Shown here one piece after another: positions 1-15,181 of a stretch of DNA of 64,000 nucleotides (position 1 is its first letter; each line of letters begins with the position of its first letter). A program made the position numbers and the translations under genes. Origin of the DNA: an uncultured Bacilli bacterium (lineage in GTDB: Bacteria > Bacillota_I > Bacilli_A > RFN20 > CAG-826); NCBI GenBank assembly GCA_944351395.1, contig CALVPP010000001.1, positions 7,293-71,292 on the forward strand, in the 5' to 3' direction. The notes under the pieces were generated by a model, which was not told where the DNA came from, did no database searches, and worked only from the letters and a program-made list of their open reading frames with translations.

Positions 1-3417
<3,417 letters not shown>

Positions 3418-3421
<4 letters not shown>

Positions 3422-4896
3422 TGGATAAACATATTTTAGATTTATCAATTGAAGAGATTCATGAAGCGTTAGTTAAAGGTGAAGTAAAGCCTAGCGATTT
3501 GGTTAAAGAGGCTCTTAAACGAGCGCACGAAAGTAAAGATAATGCTTTTGAGATGATTTTGGATGATCTTGCTTTAAAAAAAGCAGAAGAATTAGATCAT
3601 GTAGTTGTTCCAAAAAACAATTTATTTTTTGCTATTCCTTACGTTTTAAAAGATAATTATTCGACAAAAGGGATTAAGACTACTGCTTCCTCGAACATAT
3701 TAAATGATTATATTCCTCTTTACGATGCGACTATTTATTCCATTTTGAAAGAAAGTAATGCAATTATGATTGCAAAAGCGAGCATGGATGAATTAGCGAT
3801 GGGTGGTACAGGCACTACCTCACACATTGGTACTACATTTAATCCATTTGATAAAGCACATGTGCGTAGCATTGGTGGTTCATCTAGTGGCAGTGCCGCT
3901 TCTGTTGCTAGTGCAGTCGTGCCATTCGCTATCGGTTCTGATACGGGCGATTCTGTTAGAAAACCTGCGAGCTATGCTGGTTTGGTTGGCTATAAGCCAA
4001 CGTGGGGTCTCCTTTCTCGTTTTGGTTTGTTTAGTTATGCCCCGTCATTAGATACTGTTGCATATTTTACTCGCGATGTGATTGATGCTAGACATTTATT
4101 TAATCTTTTAAAGAAGCACGATGATAAAGATGAAACATCTTTAAATGTCGAATTGAAAGAAGATGTTGAAAAGAAAAATGTTAAAAATGTTAAATTGCTA
4201 GTTTTTAAAGATCTCGATATTAATTTAAAAGATGAGACTTTATTGAAAACATATCACGATTTATTAAATCGATTGAAGGAAGCCGGAATGGATATTGTTG
4301 AGGTAGAGTTTGGTCACGATTTATTAAGCGCGATTTATCCGACATATAATGTCATATCTTTTGCGGAAGCTACGAGTAATAACGCCAATCTAGATGGTGT
4401 AAAATTCGGTCCTAGACCGGAAGGCAATACATATCAAGAAGTGATGATGAACGCGAGAACTGTTGGCTTTTCAAATCTCATCAAAAGACGATTCGTCATC
4501 GGCTCTTACGTCCTTTATAAAGAAAATCAAAAAACCTTGTTTTTAAGAGCGAAAAAAGTCAGACGTTTAATAGTTCAAAGATTGAACGAATTACTAAAGA
4601 ATGCAGATGGATTTATCTCATTAGCGGCACCTAACATTGCACCAAAATTTGCTGATGCAACTGATAAACTATCAGATGCATATGTCATTAACGACAACTA
4701 TCTCGCTATCGCTAACTTTTCTGGTGGCCCGTCTATCACTTTACCTATTGGTCTAAAAGAAAACATGCCATTTGGTATCAATATCACCGCTAAAGCTTTT
4801 GACGATTTAAACTTATTAAATATTGCTGAAGTAGTTGAATCTTTTAGCGGTATGAAAGGATTATCCGCTAAGGAGGTCGATAAATATGTCAAATAA
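3418..4896 (+). CDS. gatA: Glu-tRNA(Gln)/Asp-tRNA(Asn) amidotransferase subunit A
   Basis: 492 aa with an amidase signature (GGSSSGSAASVAS, Ser-cisSer-Lys region). Confidence 0.92.
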
Positions 4897-6310
4897 TTAT
4901 ATTCCAACGATTGGTTTAGAAATACACCTGGAAACAAAATCCAAATCGAAAATGTTTAGCAGTGCACCTAACACTTATGGCGCAAAACCAAACACCTCAG
5001 TACTTCCTATCGATTTAGGTATGCCAGGTACACTACCTACTGTTAATGAAGAAGCTGTAAAAAACGCTATTAAACTAAGTCACGCTCTTCACATGAAAAT
5101 TGATCATACTTTACATTTTGATCGAAAAAATTATTTCTATAGCGACTTGCCTAAAGGTTATCAAATTACACAAAATGAAAGGCCTATCGGATCAGATGGT
5201 TACCTCGATTTTCAATTAGATGGTAGTTCAGTGCGTGTTGAAATAGAAAGACTTCACATGGAAGAAGATACGTGTAAGCAGTTGCACTATACTGATTTCA
5301 CCTTACTAGACTATAATCGTGCAGGAGTGCCACTATGCGAAATCGTTACTAGACCATGCATTCATGATGCAAGAGTGGCGAGATTATACGTCGAAAAGAT
5401 ACGTGAGATTGGCATATATCTAGATGTTAGTGATGGAAAGATGGAAGAAGGAAGTTTACGATGTGATGTCAATATTTCCATCGCTAAAGAAGGCGCTAAA
5501 GAATTTGGTACAAAAGTAGAAATTAAGAACTTAAATAGCACAGCGAACGTCGAAAAAGCCATCGCATATGAAATTGAAAGACAAAAATCATTGCTTGAAA
5601 ACGGTGAAAAAGTAAGGCAAGAGACTAGACGATTTGATGAATCAAAGATGGAAACAGTGCTCATGCGAGTGAAAACAGATGCGGTTGACTATAAATATTT
5701 CCCCGAACCGAATATATTGCCTATTAAATTAAGCGATGAATTCGTAAATGATACGATTGAAAGTTCTTACGAACTTGCTGACGTGAAATTTGCAAGATAC
5801 ACAAATGTATTTAAAGTTAGTGAATATGATGCGAATACATTGCTCAAGAATCGTAGCTTAGCATTATTATTTGATGATGCAACTAAGACCTGCCAATATT
5901 ATGATTTGCTCATTCACTTCATTAATGGCGATGTCTTGACTTATGTAAGTGGTGCAAATAATGTTTTTAACTTATCTGGAAAACATTTAGGAGAACTCAT
6001 CAATTTAGTTGGCGAAAATAAGATTAGTAATGCTCAAGCACGCGACATCTTTAAAGTTATTGCTAAAGATAATAAGTCACCTATCGACATCGTTAGTGAG
6101 CAAGGTATTACACAAATTAGTGATGAAGATACTTTAAAAGAAATGATTAAGAAGTTATTAGATGAAAATCCTCAAGCCATTGAAGATTTTAAAAATGGTA
6201 AAGGTAGAGCGGCTTCTTTCCTCGTCGGTCTAATTATGAAACTAACTAAAGGAAAAGCTAATCCTGCTCTAGCTAGTAAACTTATTAATGAGGAATTAAA
6301 AAGGAGATGA
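4886..6310 (+). CDS. gatB: Asp/Glu-tRNA amidotransferase subunit B
   Basis: 474 aa with a GatB/YqeY C-terminal domain. Overlaps the gatA stop. Confidence 0.92.
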   Translation: MSNNYIPTIGLEIHLETKSKSKMFSSAPNTYGAKPNTSVLPIDLGMPGTLPTVNEEAVKNAIKLSHALHMKIDHTLHFDRKNYFYSDLPKGYQITQNERPIGSDGYLDFQLDGSSVRVEIERLHMEEDTCKQLHYTDFTLLDYNRAGVPLCEIVTRPCIHDARVARLYVEKIREIGIYLDVSDGKMEEGSLRCDVNISIAKEGAKEFGTKVEIKNLNSTANVEKAIAYEIERQKSLLENGEKVRQETRRFDESKMETVLMRVKTDAVDYKYFPEPNILPIKLSDEFVNDTIESSYELADVKFARYTNVFKVSEYDANTLLKNRSLALLFDDATKTCQYYDLLIHFINGDVLTYVSGANNVFNLSGKHLGELINLVGENKISNAQARDIFKVIAKDNKSPIDIVSEQGITQISDEDTLKEMIKKLLDENPQAIEDFKNGKGRAASFLVGLIMKLTKGKANPALASKLINEELKRR

Positions 6311-7338
6311 AAAAGATGAATAAAACAGTTTTAGTAACAGGTGGTTTAGGCTTTATTGGCTCACACACTGTTTTAGATTTATTAGCGAATGATTACGAAG
6401 TCATCATCATCGATAATTTAGTTAATTCTCACATTGAGGTTTTAGATCATATCGCAACAATTTCTGGCAAAAAGCCATTGTTTTTTGAAGCAGATGTCCG
6501 TAATGAAGAAGTTTTAAATAAGATTTTTAAAGAATATCACATCGATGCAATCATTCATTTTGCTGGGTTAAAAGCAGTAGGAGAATCAGTTAAAAAACCA
6601 ACTCTATATTACGATGTGAACATCAATACGACTTTGGCTCTTCTAAAGATGATGAAAAAATATAATTGTCATAATATCATCTTCTCTAGTAGCGCGACTG
6701 TTTATGGTGAATCTCGTGAACTCCCATTCACTGAAAATATGAATGTTGGTGTTGGCATCAAAAATCCATATGGTGAGACGAAATATATCAATGAGTTACT
6801 ATTGAAAGATTTCGCTACGAGTGAAGATGATATGCACGTCATCTTGTTGCGTTATTTTAATCCAATTGGTGCACATAAATCTGGTTTATTAGGCGAAGAC
6901 CCAAAAGATATTCCCAATAATCTTATGCCTTATGTTTTGAAAGTGGCAGTAGGTGAACTAGATCATCTCACTGTTTTTGGCGACGATTACGATACGCCAG
7001 ATGGTACTTGCATAAGAGATTATATTCACGTCTTAGATTTAGCTCATGGTCACGTTCTTGCTCTTTCTAAAATTTTAGGGATGAAAGATAAATGTGAGAT
7101 ATATAATTTAGGCACAGGTAAAGGTTCTAGCGTTCTTGAAATCGTTCACGCTTTTAACAATGTAAATCATATCAAATTGCCTTATGTCATAGGACCCCGC
7201 CGCGAAGGCGATGCTGCTATGTCTTTTGCTTCCATCGAAAAAGCACGCAAAGAGCTTGGGTTTGAACCAATTTACACTATTGAAGACGCTTGCTTAGATG
7301 CGTTTAATTTTATTAAAAAGCATGTTGGAAAGGAATGA
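6307..7338 (+). CDS. galE: UDP-glucose 4-epimerase
   Basis: 343 aa. Rossmann motif TGGLGFIGSH, YxxxK (YGETKY) and typical SDR epimerase length. Confidence 0.85.
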   Translation: MKKMNKTVLVTGGLGFIGSHTVLDLLANDYEVIIIDNLVNSHIEVLDHIATISGKKPLFFEADVRNEEVLNKIFKEYHIDAIIHFAGLKAVGESVKKPTLYYDVNINTTLALLKMMKKYNCHNIIFSSSATVYGESRELPFTENMNVGVGIKNPYGETKYINELLLKDFATSEDDMHVILLRYFNPIGAHKSGLLGEDPKDIPNNLMPYVLKVAVGELDHLTVFGDDYDTPDGTCIRDYIHVLDLAHGHVLALSKILGMKDKCEIYNLGTGKGSSVLEIVHAFNNVNHIKLPYVIGPRREGDAAMSFASIEKARKELGFEPIYTIEDACLDAFNFIKKHVGKE

Positions 7339-8078
7339 ATATGGAAAATAATTTAAAAATTGCCCTTCTTATCGATACAGAAAATGTTTCGGCTTCTTAT
7401 TTTGCTGAACTCTATGAAAAACTCATCACTTTTGGCAAAGTGACGTATAAGAGAATGTATGGTGATTTCACGAGTCGTTATGAATCAGCTTGGGTCAAGT
7501 TGATTAACATACATTCTATAACCCCAGTACAAGAATTTAGTTATACCAAGCAAAAAAATGTGACTGATTCTCGTCTTATCATCGACGCGATGGATATTTT
7601 ATATTCCGGTAACGTTGACGCATTTTGCATCATGAGTTCAGATAGTGATTTCACTGGCTTAGTAAAAAGATTGAAAGAATCAAATATGTACGTCATTGGC
7701 GCCGGGGAAACGAAGACCCCACAAGCGTTTGTCAACGCCTGCGATAGATTTTTTACTTTAAAACCGAAACCAGTTAAAAAAGTAACGAAAAAGAAAGATG
7801 TAGGTAAAACCGATGCAAAAGATGAAAATGAGATTCAGACCGAACGTCAAGATATCGAGCCAACACTCGACATGGTTTTAGACTTGGCAATTAATATTTT
7901 AGGATCTAGCGAAAATAGTAAATATCCATTCGCTATGTTAGTTAATAAACTTTATCAAGTGTTTCCCTCGCTAAATTTTTCTACTTACGGCGTCAAAAAA
8001 CCTATGGAAATCTTTCCACCAGATAAGTTCATCTTTGAACGAGGTGAAGGACCAGAAGTTTATATTTCGTTGAAGTAA
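7335..8078 (+). CDS. NYN (LabA-like) domain protein with C-terminal LOTUS/OST-HTH domain
   Basis: 247 aa. The N-terminal ~150 aa have acidic residues in a NYN/PIN-like pattern (LIDTENV...DSDF). A Lys-rich linker follows, then a C-terminal ~70 aa LOTUS-like domain. The ATGA start overlaps the galE stop. Confidence 0.6.
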   Translation: MNMENNLKIALLIDTENVSASYFAELYEKLITFGKVTYKRMYGDFTSRYESAWVKLINIHSITPVQEFSYTKQKNVTDSRLIIDAMDILYSGNVDAFCIMSSDSDFTGLVKRLKESNMYVIGAGETKTPQAFVNACDRFFTLKPKPVKKVTKKKDVGKTDAKDENEIQTERQDIEPTLDMVLDLAINILGSSENSKYPFAMLVNKLYQVFPSLNFSTYGVKKPMEIFPPDKFIFERGEGPEVYISLK

Positions 8079-8182
8079 TTACTTTGTTTTAGAAAATTTA
8101 TAGAAAATTAATCAAAATTTTTATCGTGTTTTCAATTATTAGATTACATTCGTGGTTTTTAAATATATAATTTAATATCGCT

Positions 8183-8662
8183 ATGAGCAAAGCGAATGAA
8201 CACAAAAAAATTATCGTCAATAATCGTAAAGCTCGTCATGACTATTTCCTTGACGATTTTTTAGAAGTGGGTTTAGTTTTAAAAGGAACTGAAATTAAGT
8301 CACTTAGAAGAGGCGAAGCTTCGCTAGATGATTCTTATATCGTCTTTAAAAATGGTGAAGCTTTCATTTTGAATATGTACATCGCTCCATACGATAAAGG
8401 TAATATTTTCAATCATGAACCGCGTCGAACTAGAAAATTGCTCATGCACAAACACGAAATTAGAAAATTTGCTCAAAAAGTTAAAGAAAAAGGTTTTGCT
8501 ATCATCCCTGTTGAACTCTATCTTACTGGTGGAAGAGCTAAACTCACTATCGCTTTAGGAAAAGGCAAAAAACTTTACGATAAAAGAGAGAGTATAAAAG
8601 CTAAAGATGACGCTAGAAATATTGAAAAAGCCTTAAAAAGTAAGATGAAAGAAGTGAAATAA
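8183..8662 (+). CDS. smpB: SsrA-binding protein
   Basis: 159 aa with the conserved NRKARHDY...LVL.GTEIKS...HEPRR..KLL motifs. Confidence 0.93.
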   Translation: MSKANEHKKIIVNNRKARHDYFLDDFLEVGLVLKGTEIKSLRRGEASLDDSYIVFKNGEAFILNMYIAPYDKGNIFNHEPRRTRKLLMHKHEIRKFAQKVKEKGFAIIPVELYLTGGRAKLTIALGKGKKLYDKRESIKAKDDARNIEKALKSKMKEVK

Positions 8663-8664
8663 TA

Positions 8665-9882
8665 ATGTTTAAAACTTATGAAGAAGTCGAAATATTTTTA
8701 AAAGAACACGACCATCGTGAACTTTACGATAACGAAAATATTTTTCGTTTCAAAAAAAGACACCCTTTTGTCATAAATAAACCCATCATTCACATAACCG
8801 GAACGAATGGTAAAGGATCTACTTTACATTATTTAGAAAAGATTTATCGTTCATCTGGATATCATGTAGCGAGTTTTGTCTCGCCATCACACTATATATA
8901 TAGTGAAATGATAAGAGTGGATGAAAAAAGCATCGATGATGATATTTTTGTTTCTTATTTTAATAAATACGTCGAAGAATTTGAAAAATATGATTTAACT
9001 ACATTCGAGATGATTACTCTTATTATGTTTTATTATTTTTCATCACTGGATGTAGATGTCATTCTTCTAGAAGTTGGTATGGGTGGAGAAATAGATGCGA
9101 CAAATATTGTCGATGACACTAATCTTTCCATCATTACGAGCGTGAGTCTTGAACATACTGCCTACCTCGGCAAGACTATTTCGGAAATCGCTTATTCAAA
9201 AAGTGGTATATTTCGTAAAAGAACGCCCTTTTTATTAGGTGAAGGAGTGAATGAAGAAGCCAAACTCGCTATTGCACAAAGAGCAAAAAAATTAAAGTGC
9301 GAAGAAATTTATTTAAGTTCTTATCAAGTTCTAGACGTTTCACCATTAGAACATAAATTGAGTTATGAAGGACATCAATATACTTATCTTGGACCAAGAT
9401 ATGGATATCATAACCTCATTATCGCTCTTAGTGCGGCTAAGGCCTTAAACGATAAGCTACCCATCGATTTTTCTAAACTCGAAAAACACCCATTTGAATC
9501 TTTAGATAGACGTATGGAAATATTAGGTCATGATCCACTCATCATCGTCGATGGTGCACATAGTGAAGAAGCAGTGAAGGAACTTAGTGATTCATTAAGA
9601 TTATTTAATTTGCCAATCCATATTATCTTCGCTTGTTTAGAGGATAAAAATTTACCTTTATTGCTCGAAAGTTTAGAGAAGATAAGTCACGATATCGTCC
9701 TCACTACGTTTGATAATAAAAGAGCGAGGACAGAAAATGATTATTTTATTTATTTAGAAGATTTTCCTTTCACAAATGATTATGTTTCGTTATTAAAAAA
9801 ATATCGAGAATTGTATAAAGAAGATATCATCCTTTTCGTCGGCTCTATCGCCTTCATTGACGAGGTGAGAAAAAGATTATGA
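8665..9882 (+). CDS. folC: Folylpolyglutamate synthase / dihydrofolate synthase (Mur ligase family)
   Basis: 405 aa with P-loop ITGTNGKGST and the Mur-ligase middle and C-terminal domains. Confidence 0.8.
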   Translation: MFKTYEEVEIFLKEHDHRELYDNENIFRFKKRHPFVINKPIIHITGTNGKGSTLHYLEKIYRSSGYHVASFVSPSHYIYSEMIRVDEKSIDDDIFVSYFNKYVEEFEKYDLTTFEMITLIMFYYFSSLDVDVILLEVGMGGEIDATNIVDDTNLSIITSVSLEHTAYLGKTISEIAYSKSGIFRKRTPFLLGEGVNEEAKLAIAQRAKKLKCEEIYLSSYQVLDVSPLEHKLSYEGHQYTYLGPRYGYHNLIIALSAAKALNDKLPIDFSKLEKHPFESLDRRMEILGHDPLIIVDGAHSEEAVKELSDSLRLFNLPIHIIFACLEDKNLPLLLESLEKISHDIVLTTFDNKRARTENDYFIYLEDFPFTNDYVSLLKKYRELYKEDIILFVGSIAFIDEVRKRL

Positions 9883-10646
9883 ACACTTTTAAATTGAGCC
9901 ATGTGCAGCGCATATCATTGGCTGGTATCTTTTTAGCGCTCATCATCGTCTTTACTAAAGTTTTGTCGATTCAAAATTTACCCGCTCTACCTTTTGTTCG
10001 TATTTCTATTGGTCCAGCTTTAATCATTTTCAGTTCGATAACCTTAGGACCAATTTATGGGGGAATTGTCGGAGGTTTAAGCGATTTATTAGGTTATTTT
10101 ATCGTCGATTTTACAGGTTTACCGCCTTATTATTTAATTACTTTACAATACCTTCTTCTAGGTTTTTGCTCTTATTTTGTCATCAAGCTATTTTCCTTAA
10201 TCAAAAGACCATCAATTTCGCTAATTGTGAATATTAGTTTGATGTCTATCATCTATATCGCTCTCCTTATCTATCTCACTTATCAAGATCATATAACCTT
10301 AAGTGGTGGTGCATCCTTTGTTTTAGAAAATTGGATGAAAATAGTCACTGCGATTGTAGTTTTTATTCTCTTTGCTCTTTTATATGTGTTCGTCTATCTC
10401 ATACATCGTTATTTTAAGAAAAGGAACGAGGATAAAATTCCTCTTTTCAGCCTGTTAAACGCTATAACTGTATTAGAAATATTATTTCCTTTGTTTTTAG
10501 GCTCCGCTTTAAAGACTTATTATTTTGAAGTGCCATTTTTAATTATTTTTATGGCGCAGGCAATCGTCTTTTTCATCGACATACCGCTTTACTTTTTCTT
10601 CATCATACTTTTGCTCCGCCTCATTTCTCGTTATTATAAAAGATAA
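9879..10646 (+). CDS. Polytopic membrane protein, putative ECF-transporter S component (folate family?)
   Basis: 255 aa and very hydrophobic, with about six TM segments. The ATGA start overlaps the folC stop. The folate-type assignment is inferred from the folC linkage. Confidence 0.4.
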   Translation: MNTFKLSHVQRISLAGIFLALIIVFTKVLSIQNLPALPFVRISIGPALIIFSSITLGPIYGGIVGGLSDLLGYFIVDFTGLPPYYLITLQYLLLGFCSYFVIKLFSLIKRPSISLIVNISLMSIIYIALLIYLTYQDHITLSGGASFVLENWMKIVTAIVVFILFALLYVFVYLIHRYFKKRNEDKIPLFSLLNAITVLEILFPLFLGSALKTYYFEVPFLIIFMAQAIVFFIDIPLYFFFIILLLRLISRYYKR

Positions 10647-10662
10647 GGAAGTCATTCATTAC

Positions 10663-10884
10663 ATGAAAGAACAGGAAAAAGAAGAAAAATACATCGAAGA
10701 AACTTCACCTCGAAAAGGGGAAGAAGGATATCGTAAAAATAAGGAATTAAAAGCCGATTATTCCTATCTTGATAATCATGGTGAGGAAACGAAAAAAATA
10801 TCTTGGCTTCCTATTATCATCATGGCTTCAATTACTATTCTTATCATCATTGGCATGATCATCATTTTCCATTTCATGGAATAG
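10663..10884 (+). CDS. Small bitopic membrane protein (charged N-terminus, single C-terminal TM)
   Basis: 73 aa with the TM segment LPIIIMASITILIIIGMIIIF. No recognisable family. Confidence 0.4.
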   Translation: MKEQEKEEKYIEETSPRKGEEGYRKNKELKADYSYLDNHGEETKKISWLPIIIMASITILIIIGMIIIFHFME

Positions 10885-10899
10885 AAAGGGGCGGTTTTT

Positions 10900-11859
10900 A
10901 TGCCAGCTTTATACACTCATTATCTATTTGCAAGCGAAGTGATGAAAAAAGATGAAAAATATCCTTCTTTATATTTGCTCGCTAGTCAAGGTCCTGATTG
11001 TTTTTTCTTTTATGGCAATAGTTTGAAAATAAGAAAAGATAAACAAATCAGGTCATCTTTTGGTCATATGTTGCATAAAATAAATATCGCTAAGACATAT
11101 GAACAGATGATACGTTATGCACTTCAGGACGATCAAAATAAAGAGATGCTTTTATCGTTCATTCGAGGTTTTATGGTGCATTATTGTCTTGATAGAAATG
11201 CTCATCCATACATTTTTTATCGCTCTGGTTTTCTTAAGGAAAATGATACAGTTCATGACGCTAAATTTTATTCTTTAGCACATATGAATTTTGAGACCTA
11301 CATCGACGTGCTCATGAAGGAAGAAAAAGCCTTCTTTAAACAGCCAAAAGAATTAGTGAATATGTCCAAAGAAGAAGGTATAGCCGTTTCTCATATGTTT
11401 TATCAAGTCGCAAAAGATGTTTTTAGCGTGGATATCGGCAAAAAAACATATTATCAAGCTTATAAAGATTTTCGTTTTGTAGAAAAATTCCTCAATTCAA
11501 AGCGAGGTGGCAAAAAGAGATTTTTTGCTAAACATATGCACAATACAACCTTATTTGCTTTATCTTATCCAGAGGGATTAACTAATGATGACATTTATGA
11601 TTATATGAATCATAATCATCAGGAGTGGAAACATCCTGTAACAGGAAAAACTTCACACGAATCATTTTTGGATTTGTTCGAGAAGGCTAAATTAGATGTA
11701 GAAAAAGTAGATGAAATTTTGACTAACGCTAAAGCTGGCAAAAACGTTGAAAAAACACTCATAGATTTTGTAAGTGATATTAACCATAATGGGACTAAGG
11801 TAGGAGAGAAGATGCAATTTATGCATTTTTTATGCGAAGATGGAAAACTATTCTATTAA
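10900..11859 (+). CDS. Hypothetical protein, Zn-dependent phospholipase C / P1-nuclease superfamily-like
   Basis: 319 aa. His/Asp motifs are spaced like a Zn-PLC-fold (THY..A, GPD, HMLH, HYCLD..HPY, H..H). RBS GGGGCGG-N-ATG. Confidence 0.35.
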   Translation: MPALYTHYLFASEVMKKDEKYPSLYLLASQGPDCFFFYGNSLKIRKDKQIRSSFGHMLHKINIAKTYEQMIRYALQDDQNKEMLLSFIRGFMVHYCLDRNAHPYIFYRSGFLKENDTVHDAKFYSLAHMNFETYIDVLMKEEKAFFKQPKELVNMSKEEGIAVSHMFYQVAKDVFSVDIGKKTYYQAYKDFRFVEKFLNSKRGGKKRFFAKHMHNTTLFALSYPEGLTNDDIYDYMNHNHQEWKHPVTGKTSHESFLDLFEKAKLDVEKVDEILTNAKAGKNVEKTLIDFVSDINHNGTKVGEKMQFMHFLCEDGKLFY

Positions 11860-12460
11860 GAAAAGAACATACAAAATTCTCGAACCTTGCGAGAGTGATT
11901 TTGATATCGATGAAAGTTATATCGTCTCATTAGATGATAAGCGTTATATCCTCACTTTTGTCAAAGAAGATTTTGCGTATAGTTTGAGTGCAAAAGCGAG
12001 ATTTAAAAATATAAGAAAAGACATTAAAACTTTAACTCATTCTAATATTCTTGTTCCACGTCTTGTCGACATTGATAAGAAAAATTATGTCTACGTCAAA
12101 GAACTTATTGAAGGGCATTCTATTTTAGATGAAATTATCTTAAGAGATTTAGATGAAAAAATTATTGAGACAATTTTTGATTATTCATATTATGCGCGGA
12201 TGTTTGGGAAAATGTTAGACTTCTTTCCTTCTAATTTTATCATTTTTCCTGATGGTAAAATTGTTTATAAATCCTATCGCACTAGACCTTATGACAATAA
12301 AAATTCTTTTGAATTTGTCGATTTACGTTACTACCTTTATAGCGACGAACTAATTGATTATTTAAAAAAAGAACACTTGCCCGTCGATTTAAAACGTAAG
12401 AAAATAACTAATGCTGTCAATAAAGAAACACTTTTATTGACATGCAAGTATCGAAGGTAA
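11840..12460 (+). CDS. Hypothetical small protein with protein-kinase-like catalytic-loop motif
   Basis: 206 aa. LDFFPSNFII resembles the kinase HRDLKPSNIL catalytic loop, and FPDGKIV sits at the DFG position. It overlaps the upstream gene by 20 nt. Confidence 0.35.
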   Translation: MENYSIKKRTYKILEPCESDFDIDESYIVSLDDKRYILTFVKEDFAYSLSAKARFKNIRKDIKTLTHSNILVPRLVDIDKKNYVYVKELIEGHSILDEIILRDLDEKIIETIFDYSYYARMFGKMLDFFPSNFIIFPDGKIVYKSYRTRPYDNKNSFEFVDLRYYLYSDELIDYLKKEHLPVDLKRKKITNAVNKETLLLTCKYRR

Positions 12461-12469
12461 AATAGACAA

Positions 12470-13399
12470 ATGAAAGACAATCGACCACTCATCTTCCATC
12501 TATCTGCTTCTAAAGCTTTAGCAAAAGAAGTGTCTAAACTTTTAAATTATCCTTTGGGCGAGGCCGAAAGTTACACATTTTATGATGGCGAAGAGATGGT
12601 TAAACCTATTAGCGAAGTGAAAGATAGAGACATCATCCTCATCCAATCTACCTCTTATCCGCAGAGTAAACATTTGATGGAAATATTGATTTTTGTCGAT
12701 TCTTTAAAGAAAAATAAATCTGGGAAAATTACTTTGGTAACCCCTTATTTTGGTTACGCAAGACAAGATAGACAAATTCACGCAAAAGATCCCATTACCG
12801 CATCCTTAGCAGCGCGTCTTATCGAGTCTTGTGGAGTGGATGAAATCATTTTCATCGATATACATACGAAAAATACTCCCTCTTTCTTTCATATTAAAAC
12901 GCACAATATTGAGATGACTAATACTTATAAACAGTTATTTTTAAGAGTGATGGAAGAAAATAATTACAAAAAAGATGAGGTCATGGTTTTTTCGCCAGAT
13001 CACGGTAGTGAATCACGCGGCATCGCACTTGCATCCTCTCTTGGGGTGACGTTTGGTGAAATTTATAAGATTAGACCAAAAGTTGATGAAACGCGTATTA
13101 AAGACATCGAGGGTAATCCTAATGGTAAAGTTGTCTTTTTAATCGACGACATCGTCGATACAGGCAGCACTATTTTAGAAGCAGTGGATGCTTTAAAAGG
13201 TATGGGTGCTAAAGCAATTTATGTCGGTTTTACTCATGCAGTATTAAAAGAGAACAATTATCGAGAATTAGTTCATCATGATATCGACAAAATTTTCTTC
13301 TCTAATTCTATTGAACTATCATTCCCACACGAAGAAGCAGTATGTTTTTCTATCGCTAGCGAAATTGCTAAAGCGATCAGAGGTGAAATAGATGGATGA
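12470..13399 (+). CDS. prs: Ribose-phosphate pyrophosphokinase (PRPP synthetase) family
   Basis: 309 aa with the PRPP-binding motif VVFLIDDIVDTGSTI and the ribose-5-P site GYARQDR. Confidence 0.85.
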   Translation: MKDNRPLIFHLSASKALAKEVSKLLNYPLGEAESYTFYDGEEMVKPISEVKDRDIILIQSTSYPQSKHLMEILIFVDSLKKNKSGKITLVTPYFGYARQDRQIHAKDPITASLAARLIESCGVDEIIFIDIHTKNTPSFFHIKTHNIEMTNTYKQLFLRVMEENNYKKDEVMVFSPDHGSESRGIALASSLGVTFGEIYKIRPKVDETRIKDIEGNPNGKVVFLIDDIVDTGSTILEAVDALKGMGAKAIYVGFTHAVLKENNYRELVHHDIDKIFFSNSIELSFPHEEAVCFSIASEIAKAIRGEIDG

Positions 13400-13538
13400 A
13401 GAAAAGAAGGGCCTAAGAGCACCAAAAGAAGATAAAAAGCAAGAGATGAAGTGGAGAATAATTCACGCCGTCTGTTTTACTTTGCTCTTTATTGGTTTGG
13501 TCGCCGGTATAGCCGCTTTACTTCATTTCACTTTGTAG
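13392..13538 (+). CDS. Possible small membrane peptide (48 aa) in the prs-queT intergenic region
   Basis: ATG at 13392 overlaps the prs stop and encodes MDEEKKGLRAPKEDKKQEMKWRIIHAVCFTLLFIGLVAGIAALLHFTL, which has a single TM segment. Not in the ORF track (under 60 aa). Confidence 0.25.
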   Translation: MDEEKKGLRAPKEDKKQEMKWRIIHAVCFTLLFIGLVAGIAALLHFTL

Positions 13539-13554
13539 AAAAGAGATTTGATTT

Positions 13555-15179
<1,625 letters not shown>

Positions 15180-15181
15180 TT

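Noticed and set aside
3803-4051. 82-aa + strand ORF inside gatA in another frame
   Set aside because: It is embedded in the conserved gatA coding frame and its hydrophobic sequence is low-complexity.
13400-13554. preQ1 riboswitch upstream of queT
   Set aside because: No preQ1-I or preQ1-II core motifs are recognisable by eye. This is left as an open question under findings rather than called as a feature.
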